DNA from: Eledone cirrhosa
Lineage: Eukaryota
Direction of reading: 5' to 3'
DNA length: 64,000 nucleotides
Assembly (NCBI GenBank): GCA_964016885.1
Contig: OZ024740.1
Coordinates: 121,210,001-121,274,000 of the forward strand
This document shows positions 13,531 through 29,631 of this stretch, one piece after another (the stretch's first letter is position 1; each line of letters opens with the position of its first letter). A model generated the notes under the pieces. It ran no database searches, was not told the origin of the DNA, and saw nothing but the letters and a program-made list of their open reading frames with translations. Made by a program: the position numbers and the translations under genes.

Positions 13531-14639
13531 AATCAGCTTTCTTTTTAATAGATACGTGCAATGGTTTGTTTGTAGAAGTTAAATTATTTATTAAAAAAGT
13601 GTTCGTTCACAGACTTTCATCTCGATGTGTATATTCACTGATTTTTGTGAGGGAAAAAATCTGACATTCGCTCTTTATCACTCAGCTTTTGAAGCATTAC
13701 TTACTGTCTTCCATTTATTCATTCATACCATATGCCCAATCATAAATGACAGAAATATGACACGTTTGCTTCATTATTTGAAAACAAAACTTAAATAATG
13801 TTAGGTTACCTTATATATATATGGGGGAGGTATGTATGTGTGTGCATGTGTGTGTGTGGACAACCTACCTTAACCTTTTTTCACACCTTTTTCTCACTTG
13901 CGCGTACATATTACTTTCTCTTTCACACTCTATCACAGGATCGCTGACGCTACGTTCAACTTGCTGCGACCATAGACAACATACAATTCAATTTAAGCTT
14001 CTATGAATTCTAGTTTCTTTTAATATTTTTCTTACTCTCATATATATACACGCATTTCCTTTCATCTATCACTTTTATTACGCTAGTAAATATCTCATTT
14101 ACTTTTTCCGTTTATATTTCACACACAAAAACCATCACAATATGTCTATTTCTGTCAAATACATTCTTCGAACCCGCAAACACTATCAATCGTACTGCCC
14201 CAAAGCTCATAAGTTTTCTTTGCTTTCATTTAAACCCTTGCGGTATTTGTTGTTTTGTATCTGTTTGCGGATATGCACGTGCAAATTTAAGAAAAATCCG
14301 TGACTAAAATATTAGAAAGGACAAATGCATTGAAACTTTGGAGGCTGGAAAGCTGCCAAAGGGATGGTTCTCAACGTAGAGCCTGCTATGCTAAATATAT
14401 TGACTGGAAACATTTTTCAATCAGCTGAGATTATCAGCGCAACTTTATTAGGAAGACTCACTTTAGTGGCTGACATTAAAAAACAAGCGGCAAATATAAA
14501 ATAATTCTGTGGGATTCGACATTGATTTCGAAACAAACACGGAAAACATTAGGTATGATTCGATCGCCTTAGATATCACTAGTAATTCAAATTTACTTCC
14601 AATTACTTTCGGGTTACTATTCCCCTCTATTAGCCGAAG

Positions 14640-15680
14640 TGGGAAGAACGCCTTCTGAGTACAATTGTGGGTATGAGGGGGCCGCACGTGCATCGTTTGC
14701 CCACAGGAACCCGCGTCAAGGGACGCCCGGTACATCAACTCATCCAAGTCGGAGGTGAAGAATGTCAAATACGACGCCGAGAGTGCTATGCACTTTCCCC
14801 TCTCGGACGTGTGATCCATTTTCGACCATGTGCAAGTGATCCCGAAAGAGGATAAGCCGCCGTCCATCCGCTCCACCGTCAGATCTAGGCTAAAGCAGCT
14901 CAGGACACAATGGAGGAGAATGGGCATGAATGACGCCCATCAAGCCCTCTTCTTCTTGCGTAATTGATGCGCTAGGCCGAAGTTCCTGTACACATTTCAT
15001 AGCGTTCTTTTCTACAGCCATGCATCTCTCGTCATTGACCTCAGTAATTATATCCGAATAGCAGCCTCGGAGATATGCAACGTCAGAAACCGGTTTGGAC
15101 TCCATCAAGTAGACGTCCCTCATCCCTCCACCTGTAAACAACAAATGCCCCCAGAGCATATGGGATGCCATCCAATACAATATGACCTCCGGAAAACTAG
15201 CGCACCAAGTTGATTAGCACCACCACGCATGTTTGCGCTCGGCCCCGCAACCCAATAGTGATACTTGGCTTAATAAATTAACCACTTTTTCGAGTGACAC
15301 GCACCTGGATAACGATAGCCTGCTAATCGGGGTTTACTTGAGGCTAGGCCTCTGGATCTGTGAGCCACAAAAATGTAGAATGTTCCGTTGTCCACCCACT
15401 GTCCTGTCACTACACGGCCAGCCGCCTTTCTTGCCATGCTGTTCAATGAGAACATAAAGCATGGCTCGGACCTGCAGGCTTCGCTTCCCAGCTCGAGCAT
15501 GCCGGGCAGGACCGAGGGGTCAGCAAAAGGCCATCTTCCAATTTCACGGTAGCAAACCCGTCATTTGGAATGCCACATGCAGTGAAACTTCCTCAAGGGG
15601 CAAGTTTGTGTAGTGTGCAACTAATCCAGGATTTGCTGCACGTCGAGCTGAGGAGGATAAGCTCTACAAATATCGGTCGT
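14640..15680 (+). mobile_element. Degraded CRE-clade-like non-LTR retrotransposon 3' end: RT thumb, Zn-knuckle region, restriction-like endonuclease
   Basis: HARLRSAPQPNSDTWLNKL..HLDNDSLLIGVYLRLGLWICEPQKC, then SKRP.., VIWNATC, AARRAEEDKLYKY. Many stops. Confidence 0.7.
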
Positions 15681-16139
15681 TTTCCGATTTTGATCATCAT
15701 AACTAATAAAAGAAGTCATTATCCTCTTTGAAACAAAAAAATGATATCAAAATACTGTTTTAAATGTGGTAAAACAAACAAACATACAGGGGCGATATAA
15801 AAGAAGAGAGTGAGGGCATCATTTTGGCTGCACAAGACAAGTATCTCCCAACGAGCAACTTTCAAACCAACGTGACCAAAAGTAACGATTCTATGAGGAT
15901 AATGTTGATACCATTGACCACCTTGTTTCAGTATTGCCCCATGGAGAGTGTGGGGCAATATTTGCACTGCGCAATGTGCAGGTTTTATTGTCTGAAAACG
16001 AAGTCAAAATGGTACAACCAACGCCGTTATGCAGTAGCAGGGGGAGTGAACGTAACAAACGTCTGGGTTTTACCTGTGAATACTGACAGAATAATCAAGG
16101 CCAACATACCTGAAATAAAGTAGGTACGAAAAAATATTT

Positions 16140-17110
16140 GATCCAGATACCTGGAGCTCTGGTCCGAGCCAAAAAACGAGCAATTTCACCGGTCCATCCG
16201 TCCAGCGTTCGACAACACTGTTGAACAGCATAGACCTTCCTTTTCAGGTGCCGAACTGCAAACTCGTTGAAGTTTCCGTTTTCAGATTTGCTCCTGTGAA
16301 GCCTTCGATTTCATGGTGATGTCATCCGCATATGCCAAAACAAAGTTTCCACTCACTAGTTCAAGCAGAATGCTCTGCAGCCGCCACAGCTTCCGCAGTA
16401 AAGCCTCGAGTGTCAATACGTGCAGAAGAATGGAGAGAGGGCTCCCTTGATTGACAAATCAGGTGAACTGAAATGGGTCCGAAATGTAGCCATTTAGTTT
16501 GAGTACCGAGAAAATGCCGCTCTCCATTTCAGCGATCCAGCCTCTGATGATAAGAAGACCAGCTGCTGTGAAGACAGCCTCCACGTATCGATAGTTGACC
16601 CAATCTGAAGCATTCGATTGATCTAAATTGATCATAGCCCTACCGAAGCCAGGTTTACTCCGTTCTCTTTCTCAGATGTATCTACATAAGGTGGAGTTTG
16701 TCAAGTATGGACCTGGTTGGCATTGCGCAATTTTGCGCCTCACCTACCAATCCCTCAACGACAAGTTACAACCACTTCTCTAAAACCGTGGCGAAAATCT
16801 TAAACTTTGTGTTTAACACAGTTATTGGCCTGAACTTGTCTAACGTATTCCACTTTTTCTCATCTTTTCTCATCAGCGTTACTACACCCCGCTAACGGAA
16901 CTGGTATTACTCCTCTTCTGCTGCCAGTTGCAGTAGACCGCTTTGAGGAGCTCGGAGAACAAGCCTAGCATTTCTACGTAAAACTCGTATGGCAAACCAT
17001 CTAAACCGCGTGACTTGCACCGCGTACAACCAACCAGTGTAGCCCGAATTTCGACAACAATCAGCATCGGCTAGTCGCGAGAGGCCGTCGACGTAGGTAA
17101 CGTTTCCAGT
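16140..17110 (-). mobile_element. L1/Tx1-like RT fragment
   Basis: KSRGLDGLPYEFY..LFSELLKAVYCNWQQ, closely homologous to ORF 53374-54909. Also INLDQS and AYADDIT. Confidence 0.85.
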
Positions 17111-17164
17111 TGTGATTAATGTAGCTGGCGAAGTCATGACTGAATGTTTCCTGCAGCTGGAAAT

Positions 17165-18950
17165 ATAATTTTACCTCTAGGTAACCCATAATGTGTGTTG
17201 CATTTGTTGGAGCTACTTTGGTGCCCATTGCAGTTCCTTTTTTTGTAAATACAGTTTGTTATCAAAGAGGAAGTGGTTGTTCTCCAATACTAATTCCAAA
17301 ACACTCCTTCCAAAATAAACCTTTAGGGGAATTTCACTGAAATCTAGTCTGGGTGTTCTGTAATCCAGAATCAAGAGCTTCAATTCCTAAGTCGTGTGGG
17401 ATGTTAGTATATAAGTTTATTACATCAAAGCTGACTAAGTTTGTTTCTTAGTGTACTTTCTGGGAGGTATAATTCAGGAATTCCATATCATTTGTGATAA
17501 TGCTTGGCACTTTTTTATATAAGAGTTTCAGTATATCTAATCGGTTGCTTAGACATTGTGTGCTTGAGGCTGGACCAGCAACAATTGGGTGTAATATGAA
17601 ATCTGTCTGTATTGGTACTTCAGCATATGATGAATGTTTGCCTCTTATGTTATCTTGGATTTCTCTGGATTTGTGAACATTCGATAATCCATAAGAATCG
17701 CTGGTTTTCATTTCGAAGTTAGTTAAGTAATTGATTTCCTTTGGTGTGAGGTTATTTTGGTACTTTGTCGTCAGTTTGCCTACTTGAATAATCGATTTTT
17801 GGTTCCTTTGGGTTTTGTTCGTCGAGTGCCACTTAAATGGTATCCTAAAAAATAATTCCCATTTGCAGTGAAATATTCTGTTCACTGGCATTTCGAGTTG
17901 ATAATTTTCTGAACGGTAGGATCTTGCTTGGAGGCTGATATATGGGGGTCTGGTTTTTCTTTTGTTCCGTTCGGTCTTCATGTCTTAGATTTTGCCGTTA
18001 GTTATTGTTCTTGGGGTTTTGACAGTAGTTGTCAAGTATTTTGACAGTAGTTGTCAAGTATTTGGTCAGAGTATAATTGTATGTTTAGGATTTTCCGATA
18101 TCTGGTTGATGTTTGTTTATTGCGTGAGAATTCTTCATTTCTTGTGTTTTTGAATATTCCCCAATTTGAGGGTTTCTTACGGTCTTGTTTTTTTTTATTT
18201 TATTTGGTCTCTCTCATAATTCTTTTCGGGTTCTTGCAACCATTTTGTTCTTGACTCAAAGATTTTCTTTGATTTTAATTCTTCTCTGGTTTTATCGGTC
18301 TTCCATAGGTCAAAGAATTATTACCGTACATTGCCACTGCTTCTTTTGTTTATTTCTTCTCAAATAGTAGTGTCTCAATTTTCGAAATTTTCTTTGAATT
18401 TTGGCACTCTTAGACGGAGTAAAGTGATTTTAGTCACAAGTCTCTGGAGTTCTAGCTTTGTCTTATTTTGGTTTCTTCATTTGGTGCCGATGTAATTTCT
18501 TTAATTCAGGAATTTCTCTGGGGGATAAATGTTCCTTACTTCGTCATATCTCGTATGTGTCCGCTAGGTTTTCACTCATGGAGGCTTTCCAGTATGCTTG
18601 GTTTCTTTGGCTTAGTATTTTGTTCCAAATATTTTTCATTTGGTTTCTATTTTTGAAAGTTTCTTTTTCCAGATTCCATTTATTCCATTCCTTGAACGCA
18701 TTATGGACGATGGGATTCTGGTCGGATGTAACTGTTTCAGAGGGGCATATTTGTTCTTGTTTCTAGCTGTCTGCAAGTAGGGAATCGAGCTTTTCCCTTA
18801 GCTGCGTGTATTTTGGTTCCATTTCATGTACAGCATTAGCAGGAGAATCGTACTTAATTATTATTACGGAGAATTTTTCGGAGATTTCCTGTAATATTGT
18901 CTTCGATTTGAGGGATTAAGTAACAGATTTTGAACGTGTGTTAGCCATTA
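17165..18950 (-). mobile_element. Degraded PLE, N-terminal region and RT fragment
   Basis: ORF 17448-17981 YGLSNVHKS..HPIVAGPASSTQCLS, then SFDVINLYTNIPHDLG and ENNHFLFDNKLYLQKKGTAMGTKVAP. Confidence 0.8.
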
Positions 18951-19113
18951 TGTCGTGTACAAAGTGGTAGAATATTGGAGGATGTGTGAAATCCTTGGTA
19001 CAGTTAGGTATATTAAAAAAAAGGAAAATAATGACTTCACTTGTAGTTCTAAACAATCAGATTTTATTTTTTAATATTATGATTTTACAATTTGGTTTTG
19101 TAGATCTATCGAT

Positions 19114-19162
<49 letters not shown>

Positions 19163-19254
19163 TATATAATATATATATATACATACACATATATACATAC
19201 AAACGCACACAGACACACACATACATATTTATATATATACATATATATATATAT

Positions 19255-19296
<42 letters not shown>

Positions 19297-19651
19297 CGGA
19301 CACTTACACATAGTGCATGTCTCTTTATTCAAACTACGATTCCTATTTTCGTAATCAAAGATCCATCAAAATACAGACAACTTACAGACACTCATATAAT
19401 ACAAACATTTCATGTTTCAACATTTTACTTATTAAAAAGGAATGGCTGTTTTTTGCGACCCTGATGCCATTCCCTCGGTCATTAATACAGTAATAAAATG
19501 TAATGGTTACAGACAAAATTGGAAATCGAATCGAATGATTGATTTTGCCGTAGGTAGTTTCATACTCTGTAATGACCTGACCGCATCATTCTCTCTGACT
19601 CTCTCCCTCCCTCTCTCTTTCTTTGTACACACACACACACACACACACATG

Positions 19652-19726
<75 letters not shown>

Positions 19727-20117
19727 TCAAACAAACACACACACACACACATACATGCATCTATGTATGTCTGTGAGTTTGTGTGTATAAGAGTGTTTAT
19801 AAGATTTACACTTCACACAAATCCATTTATGATATCAGTCCCTTGCACGACAATAAGGGCAAGTGACTTATGCGATGTCTCCGGTTGATCAGAGACTCAT
19901 GAGTGGAAATTGCTAGACGGAAAATGCCGACACACGTTTTATATACATATTATCATATTTTCCTGAGTCAGTTTTCTCGTTGCTTTGGTCATTGCGGCTG
20001 GCTTACCGGTCGCTGTCTTCAATTTGCAAAGCTGTCTAAAAGTAATGTTATAACTCTAAGGTAAAATACCTTATTGAGTGGTTAGCTGCACATTCCGATT
20101 GCATTCGTTAGCTTAGC

Positions 20118-20152
20118 TGCAGCCAGAGCTTCGATTATGCTGTACTTCCATT

Positions 20153-20206
<54 letters not shown>

Positions 20207-20240
20207 AATGGAAGTACAGCATAATCGAAACTCTGGCTGC
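20118..20240. repeat. ~36-bp inverted repeat centred on (TA)n
   Basis: gcagccagag..ccatttg-(TA)n-caaatgg..ctctggctgc. Confidence 0.85.
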
Positions 20241-20264
20241 ACTATATATATATATATATATATT

Positions 20265-20630
20265 TATAAAAATAACAGATTAAAGTTTAAGCAAATAATC
20301 GCTGCTTTCACTCTTAACGGGATCTTCTGAAACTAAAAAAGCCAATCTGTGAACGCAGAAGTAAATATTTAAAAAAAAGTTGCAACCGAAGGAAGACAGG
20401 AAGATGATACTTTTGTTCGTAGAAACGTTCCCTTGCAAAGAACGGGAAAACACGAAGATAATACGTCAATATTTTGTGCGGTAAAAACAATTACACGCAA
20501 AGACAAAACCACGTTTATGGTATAAATGAAGTCGTAGACTAATATTCTATTAGGTGGTTCATGGAGACGTTCTCTGGCAAAGAAAGGAAAAAACGAAGAT
20601 AATACGTTATTATGTGGATCGATGAGGACA
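20265..20630 (-). mobile_element. PLE terminal-repeat fragment (family of 29632)
   Basis: Homologous to 23650-24010 and 29720-29890. Flanked by (TA)n. Confidence 0.75.
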
Positions 20631-21101
20631 AATATATATATATATATACACACTCAAACGTACACCCTCACATACATAGAATCTATACAAAAAAATATCA
20701 TACACACACACACATCCCTGTGTGCACACACCAACAATGTAAGTCTCAATGTAAGTCTCACACAAACACATAAACAGAAATTATAATGCACCCAATCTTC
20801 ATACACACTCGTGAAACACCGGGACAATCCACTTCGCCTCCCACTCTCGAACACTGGACCATTAACCTAAACCCCGCCCCCAACTTCTTAAAAGTTTTTT
20901 CGAAACATTTATATATCTTCTTGTTCTCTTCCTATCTGAACTCTCGATTTCCTCACAAAGGGCTTCCGTCCGAAGTCTGATCCTCATAAGTCTTTGTGTT
21001 TTTGCATCCCTGTGTTATTTTTTGTTTGTTTTATTTGTTCAACTATATACAAACACATAAAATAAACCCACACATCCCCCTTCTCTCTCTCTCTCTCTCC
21101 T

Positions 21102-21620
<519 letters not shown>

Positions 21621-21625
21621 CCCTA

Positions 21626-21685
<60 letters not shown>

Positions 21686-22234
21686 ACCCTCAAGCGTGAA
21701 ACTAATATTAACATTTTGAACTGCCTCTTCACGTAGTTTTTTTTTGTTTATTGTTTACTGTCTGAATAATAAAATATATATACATATAACTGAGCGCCGA
21801 AACATCGGTTCGGGATTCATTTACAGCTGACGATAGAAACTCCTTTCTTCCTATCTCCTCCTGTTCCGTCCTAACCACCATCCTAAACCTTGTTTTTAGT
21901 AACTACACATCTCCTCTCGTTTCATAAATTTATATATATATATATATATATATAAATATATATATATGTGTGTGTGTGTGTGTTCATGCGTGTCAGTGCG
22001 TTTATTTCTGGTCCCCAACCTGGCTGATCTACGAGAAGGTGGTCAATAAAATATGCACCCTCTTTAAAGATATATACTGAAGTCATTATGATCGATTATA
22101 TCAATATGGTGCACTACTATGACGTTAGTTAAATGATGATTGCAACCAGAACATAATAACATAATTTATATTCACATACCCACACAAATGTATGTGTGTA
22201 TGCAACTATATCTATATATACTAACAAAATTAAA

Positions 22235-23000
22235 GATGTCATGTCTGAGAATATCAGAAACATGCGCAATACCACCTGTAGAAGAAGCTCAGTGTTTCTC
22301 AAGACCATATCCGAGCACTTATTAAAAATTAAATTAAAAATCGATTGACATATTTATACATATACATAAAATAAACATATTAAACATTGACAGGGGATAA
22401 TTTGTAAAGAGCGTAAGCAGATATAGTTACGGAGGTAACATATTAACATTTAATGATAACTTTGAATAAAGATACCTTGCAATAATGATTAATCTCCTTT
22501 GTATATATTCAATTAAAGAAATATATTTCCCCATTAATAGGTGAATCATAGATGTTAAATCTTGGATCGTCAGCAAAGGAGAAGATTTGAAACTATCTAT
22601 GTTCACACCCTAAGAACAAATCAAGGAATAACAAAGAAAAAAAGCACACATGGTTTGGAAAAATACACATCAATCCCACCCCCGCTATCCCACCAATGTA
22701 CGTGAATAGGCTTATCGAGAGCTAGAAATAGCAGCCGAGGCATTTCAACAGAAAAATCTCGACTAACAAAATATTTAGCAGCCGCAAATACTAACAACAT
22801 TAGGGATGTCATGTCTGAGAATATCAGAAACATGCGCCATACCACCTGTACAAGAAGCTGGTATCCTTATACAAGGTTTTCTTATACAAAGTTCTCATTA
22901 CATTTTAATATGTTAACTCTTTACAAATTATCCTCGCTCAATTTTTCATGTTTATTTTATATATACAAATCTATATGTCAATAGACTTTTATTTTATTTT
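22235..23000. repeat. Rearranged repeat: ~55-bp direct repeat plus a diverged inverted segment
   Basis: 22235-22290 recurs at 22805-22860. ~22325-22445 is inverted at ~22905-23000. Confidence 0.6.
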
Positions 23001-23440
23001 GTAAATACACCCCCTCCCCACACACACACATTTATATAATATGTCTAATAATTCTTATTCATCGCACCACTGATTCTCCATTTCTCATGTGATATACATA
23101 CAATATATTAACGAATGGAAACTATATTTATAAAACCATATTTATTTCATTATACATATTTCAAGGGCCACCAGAGCAAACTATGGTGCGCTTTCATCAG
23201 ATAAAATATAATATAGGTTAGTTTTATAAATAAATATTGACATACCCTTAAAAAATGCAACCATTCTGGTTGGAATCTCCTGCATAATGGAGTTATTAGA
23301 TTTATTATTGGTTTATTATGCAAATTAGTGTTGGAAAGGTTTAAAAACATTATATTTAAATTAAGCCGTTGGAATAGGGAAAAAAATATCAGTTATAAAA
23401 ATATTTTGCTTGTTGTATCCCAACAAATTAAATATAACCC

Positions 23441-23512
<72 letters not shown>

Positions 23513-23562
23513 TCTCTCTCTCTATCTCTCTCTCTCTACATATATATATATATATATATATA

Positions 23563-25130
23563 GTAATAATAATAAATTTGAAGACTAAAATCTAAAGAGG
23601 GCTCGATAAGGATAAATATATATGAGATATATAAGAACCGTAGAGCAAATATTTATTAAAATAACATATTAAAATTTAAGCAAAGAATCGCTGCTTTCAC
23701 CCTTAACGGGATCTTCTGAAATTAAAAAAGTCAATCCGTGAACGCAGAAGTAAATATTTCAATAAACGTTGCAACCGAAGGAAGACAGGAAGTCGATACT
23801 TTGGTTCGTGGAAAGGTGACCTGGCAAAGAAAGGAAAAAAAGGAAGATAATACGTCATTATTTGGTGCGGTGAAAACAAATACACGCAAAGACAAAACCA
23901 CGTTTATGGTATAAATGAAATCGTAGACTAATATTCTATTAGGTGGTTTGTGGGGACCTTTTCTGGCAATGAACGGAAAAAACGAAGATAATACGTCATT
24001 ATGTGGTGCAGTGAGAACAATTACACGCTAAGACAAAACCACGTACTTCGTATAACTGAAGTCGTAGACTAAAATTCTATTTTGGAAACCGAATGATTCT
24101 CAGCTTCAGAGTTATGAATAAAGTAAATAAAATACAGAGGTAACTGAAATTAGATATATACATACACGCATCCATATACGTACATACTATAGCATACGCG
24201 GAAACATTCGCCATGGGTATGCAAATACAAGCACGTACACAAAAAAAACAAAAACAAAATACACACGCAAATACAGAACTCACGCAACGCCTGAAACCCG
24301 TACACATACGAACGTATACACCAAATACACATACAAATATATATAAAAACATTTATAAATATACATGTGTGTGTGCGTTTATACATAATTAAATAAACGT
24401 ATATAAATATACACACATAAATACGTATATAACGCTTGTACACACAGACCTACAAGTAAATACACATATGTTCGCGGACGCACGTCAACCAAAACACAAA
24501 GTACTCATATACACACACCCTACATACGTACGAATCCGCATACTCACACAGGCGCAAAATTCACGTATACACATAACCAAATGCACATGTAACAGTATAT
24601 ATACGCCAATAACATATACAAGCAATTATACGTACGAGAAAGTATACGTACCTTCACAAAACATACAGGTAATATATACTTACCTATACGAATAAGTAAT
24701 AGTATTAACATATACTTAGCTACCACATCAGACGTAAAATATCCGCGTATAGTTCGTACTATCCGTTAGGTTATAATGTTGGGCTGTAATACAGGAAAGT
24801 TTTGTTCAATTTATGTTTACAAGCCGAAAATGCCTCAGATTTTTTTGTTTAAGATGTGGTCTTTGGCGTAGATTATTTTCAGGGCCTCAGTGTAACTTAT
24901 ATTGTGTGTGGTTGTCTTTTAGACTCCAGATATAAGGTGAAAATGACGTCATATTCCTTCTTAAAGGGTTAAGAAAAGAATGGGTATGCATGTAAAGACG
25001 CTGCTTAAATCTATTGCCGGTTAACCCTATGTAGGCCCTACAGGACGTGGGTGTTTCAGCCTTACATTTTTAGACAATGTTACTAGAGAGGCATTTCCCG
25101 TTAGTACTAGCTACAGGCTGTAAAAGTGCC
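23563..25130 (-). mobile_element. Older copy of the 29632 PLE family: long terminal repeat plus GIY-YIG remnant
   Basis: 23563-23820 matches 29632-29885. 24655-25100 matches 29895-30400. Confidence 0.8.
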
Positions 25131-25921
25131 CTCCTGCTCGTTCCACTTCACTAAATGACCTTTGAGGAATATAATGGCAGGATGTTTTTCAAAATCATTT
25201 CTTATAGCTCATCAAATGTCATTCAACATTTTCTGTGTATATGTGTATATGTATGTGTGTATATGTGTATGCTTTAATTCCTTTAAATCTTCCTCAACAT
25301 TCCTTCACCCCCACACTCATTAACACCAGAGACACCCCCAGACACATCCAAATATCTCTTATATATAGAGTCACACATCACAACACAACCTGATCTCAGT
25401 TTGACAATCGTCACCGACGAATGCCCGAACGTTCTCCAGGAAATTTAACCAGGAATCTTTTAAAATCTTCCCACCGAAGTTAACAAAGATCTTACTAGAT
25501 CTACCAACTCATAATATTATAATATCAAATTAAATCAAAGTCATTCTCTTTCCGTTTTTCAAGTATATATATATACTGTCCATACTTGGTGAGAGGTAGT
25601 ATTGTGACCTGTAAAAACTAACACTCTCCCATCCCCCCTGGCATTCGGCTGACTGCCACAGACGGGACGAGTAGTAGTAAACTATAGTACAGGCCTAAAT
25701 GGGTCATTGTTTGGCTGAGAGGGTGAACTGACTAAGCGAATTTCGTTGAAATCTGCGGTAGATAATGGTCAACCTCCTTCGGACATGCGCCTGCGCAGAC
25801 CGGTGGGGATGAATTGGTACTCACAGGGGAACGGATAAAGAACCCAAAAGCACACACTTCGCCCGTTCCCATGTCGATTCAACTTGGATTGCCTCGGAAA
25901 CATAACCTTATTATGTAACAA

Positions 25922-25995
25922 GCTGTCTGATGATGTCACGACACTCGCACACAGAACAGTGAGGCCAGTGTCGTCATTGAAATATATATCACAGC
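25922..25995 (+). ncRNA. Type-I hammerhead ribozyme
   Basis: GCTGT-CTGATGA-[stem II acgacact/agtgtcgt]-GAAA-TATAT-ATC-ACAGC. Intact core, 5-bp stem I, palindromic stem III. Confidence 0.85.
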
Positions 25996-26062
25996 ATTAT
26001 TATTAAAGAGCTTGAACATCTGAAACTACTTCGCTTTTACTTATTCTCTCTCTCTGTCTCTC

Positions 26063-26174
<112 letters not shown>

Positions 26175-27329
26175 ATAAGGAAAAGCGAAGTAGTTTCAGA
26201 TGTCATGGGAACGGGCGAAGTGTGTGCTTTTGGGTTCTTCATCCGTTCCCCTGTGAGTACCAATTCATCCCCACCGGTCTGCGCAGGCGCATGTCCGAAG
26301 GAAATTGACCATTATCTACCGCAGATTTCAATGAAATTCGCTTAGTCATGGGGATGGAAACCCCTTACACTGGACGGACATACTAGTAACTTTCGGCAGG
26401 GTAAATACGCGGAAACCAATAATAGGATAAACCCATATTTTCCTGCACAAAATCGCATTTGAACAGAGGCCGCCTCAATTCAATCTATACATGGACAGAT
26501 GGACAATCATATGGATCATTTTGCATATATGTACTCTGTGTTTTTGCATTTATTCACTATTGGTTCTGTTCTTTTCTTTTGTGTACTTTATGTCTGTTTT
26601 TCTTTGATTTTGTTCCATGTGATGGAAATTAAAACTGTGTACCAGATTCACTAATGCCTGGAGCCCTGTAGTTATAATGTACGGCATTGTCGTTCAATAT
26701 GTGTATAGAATCACTGTCACACTAGAATCCCTCTCAGAACATATTACCTAAACATCTCTCTCCATATTATTTACTCACTTCAGTCTATATTCTTACTCAC
26801 CTCAATCCGAATTATCACCTGAAAATAATTTTTTTAATTCTTTTTTAATTCTTTAATTTCTAATTTCTGATATTTGATTTGGGATTTTAATTTTTATTTC
26901 CAACTCTCACTCTTAACTTCCAATGTAAAACCGTGATACCTAGAATAAGTTTATTTTCCCTTATACGGTGATGGTCAGTCGTACCGTCAACGCTTAGTGA
27001 GGGGTAGTATTATGACCTGTAAAAGCTAACACTCTCCCATCCCCTCTGGCTCTCGGCTGACTGCCACATCCGTGATGGGTAGCAGTAAAATATGGTACAG
27101 GCATTGGTGGGTCATTGTATTGGATGACATGGTGAACTGACTAAGCAAATTTCGTTGAAGTCTGCGGTGGCGAATGGTCAACTTCCTTCGGACATGCGCT
27201 TGCGCAGGCCGGTGGGGTGAATTGATACTCACAAGGGAGCGGATGAAAAACCCAAGAACACGGAATTCATCCGTTCCCTTGTTGATCCAATTTGGATTGC
27301 CTCTGAAACATAACCTTATTATGTAACAA

Positions 27330-27403
27330 GATGTCTGATGATGACACGACACTCGCACACAGAACAGTGTGGCCAGTGTCGCCACTGAAATATATATCAC
27401 AGC
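27330..27403 (+). ncRNA. Type-I hammerhead ribozyme, second copy
   Basis: gaTGT-CTGATGA (27335-27341)..cgacact/agtgtcg..GAAA (27387-27390)-TATAT-ATC-ACAgc. Confidence 0.8.
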
Positions 27404-27524
27404 ATTGTTATTAAAGGACTTGACTTCTGAAACTACTTCGCTTTTCCTTATTCGATATTTACTCCGTCACTCCTATGTGGAAAAAGTACGTTGAGTCCTT
27501 AAATTGAATTGCATCAATGTTTAC

Positions 27525-27564
<40 letters not shown>

Positions 27565-28179
27565 TTGTATATTAGTGCGTGTGTGAATGCGTGTGTTTAC
27601 TTACAGAATCAAATCGTTAAAATACGGTAACTAAACCAGAACTGCTAGTCTCCCCTTTAAAAAAATCATGTTATAATTTGTCGACATTCTAGCTAGGTGT
27701 TACTATCGAACGCTTCGTAACCTGGGGAGCATCATTCTAATTCTACACTGTAGATTTAAGTGAAAAAATAGTAAAATATAAGGGAATTAATTAGCTTTTA
27801 TATCTTATATAGGTGAGAAAGTAGAGAACATTTAATGTCATAGAGTTTTGGACAAAGGATACAGAACGACGTAGAAAGAACGTGTAAAGATAATAATTAT
27901 AAAATAATGAACAGAGAAGATATAATGAGACAAGAGTGAATAACAATAACGATGCCTGGGAGAGTGAGAGAAAAGGAGAGATAAAGAGAAAGGAGTGTGT
28001 GTATGGCAGAGTGTGGTGGAGAATAACAAAGTAGGAAGAAGTGAAGTAGTGTGCTTAAATATTAAATATAATCATTTATCACTAGCATTTTCAGAGTCAT
28101 GGCCGAAAACATACAAATACACATATCAGCCATAATAATATGCCATGTTTATTTGGGTAAATGTATATATATATATATA

Positions 28180-29351
<1,172 letters not shown>

Positions 29352-29631
29352 AAATAGTGAAAAGGAAAAAAAATACAGTAGAAAATGGTGGTGGAATTCT
29401 TTCAGTATAATATCGAAACATTTATTTATAAAGTGTGGATTTTCGCATTTAATAGTGTACCGGTTTCAGCATTATATGCTTTTACAACAAGTGCAGCTAA
29501 ATTTGGATATTTGTACGAATAATGATAAAATGGAGAAGAAAAATGATTAGTTTTACATACATATTTAGAGTGGAAAGTCCATATGTGTGTCCGAATATCA
29601 CTTTCGCGATATATATATATATATATATATA

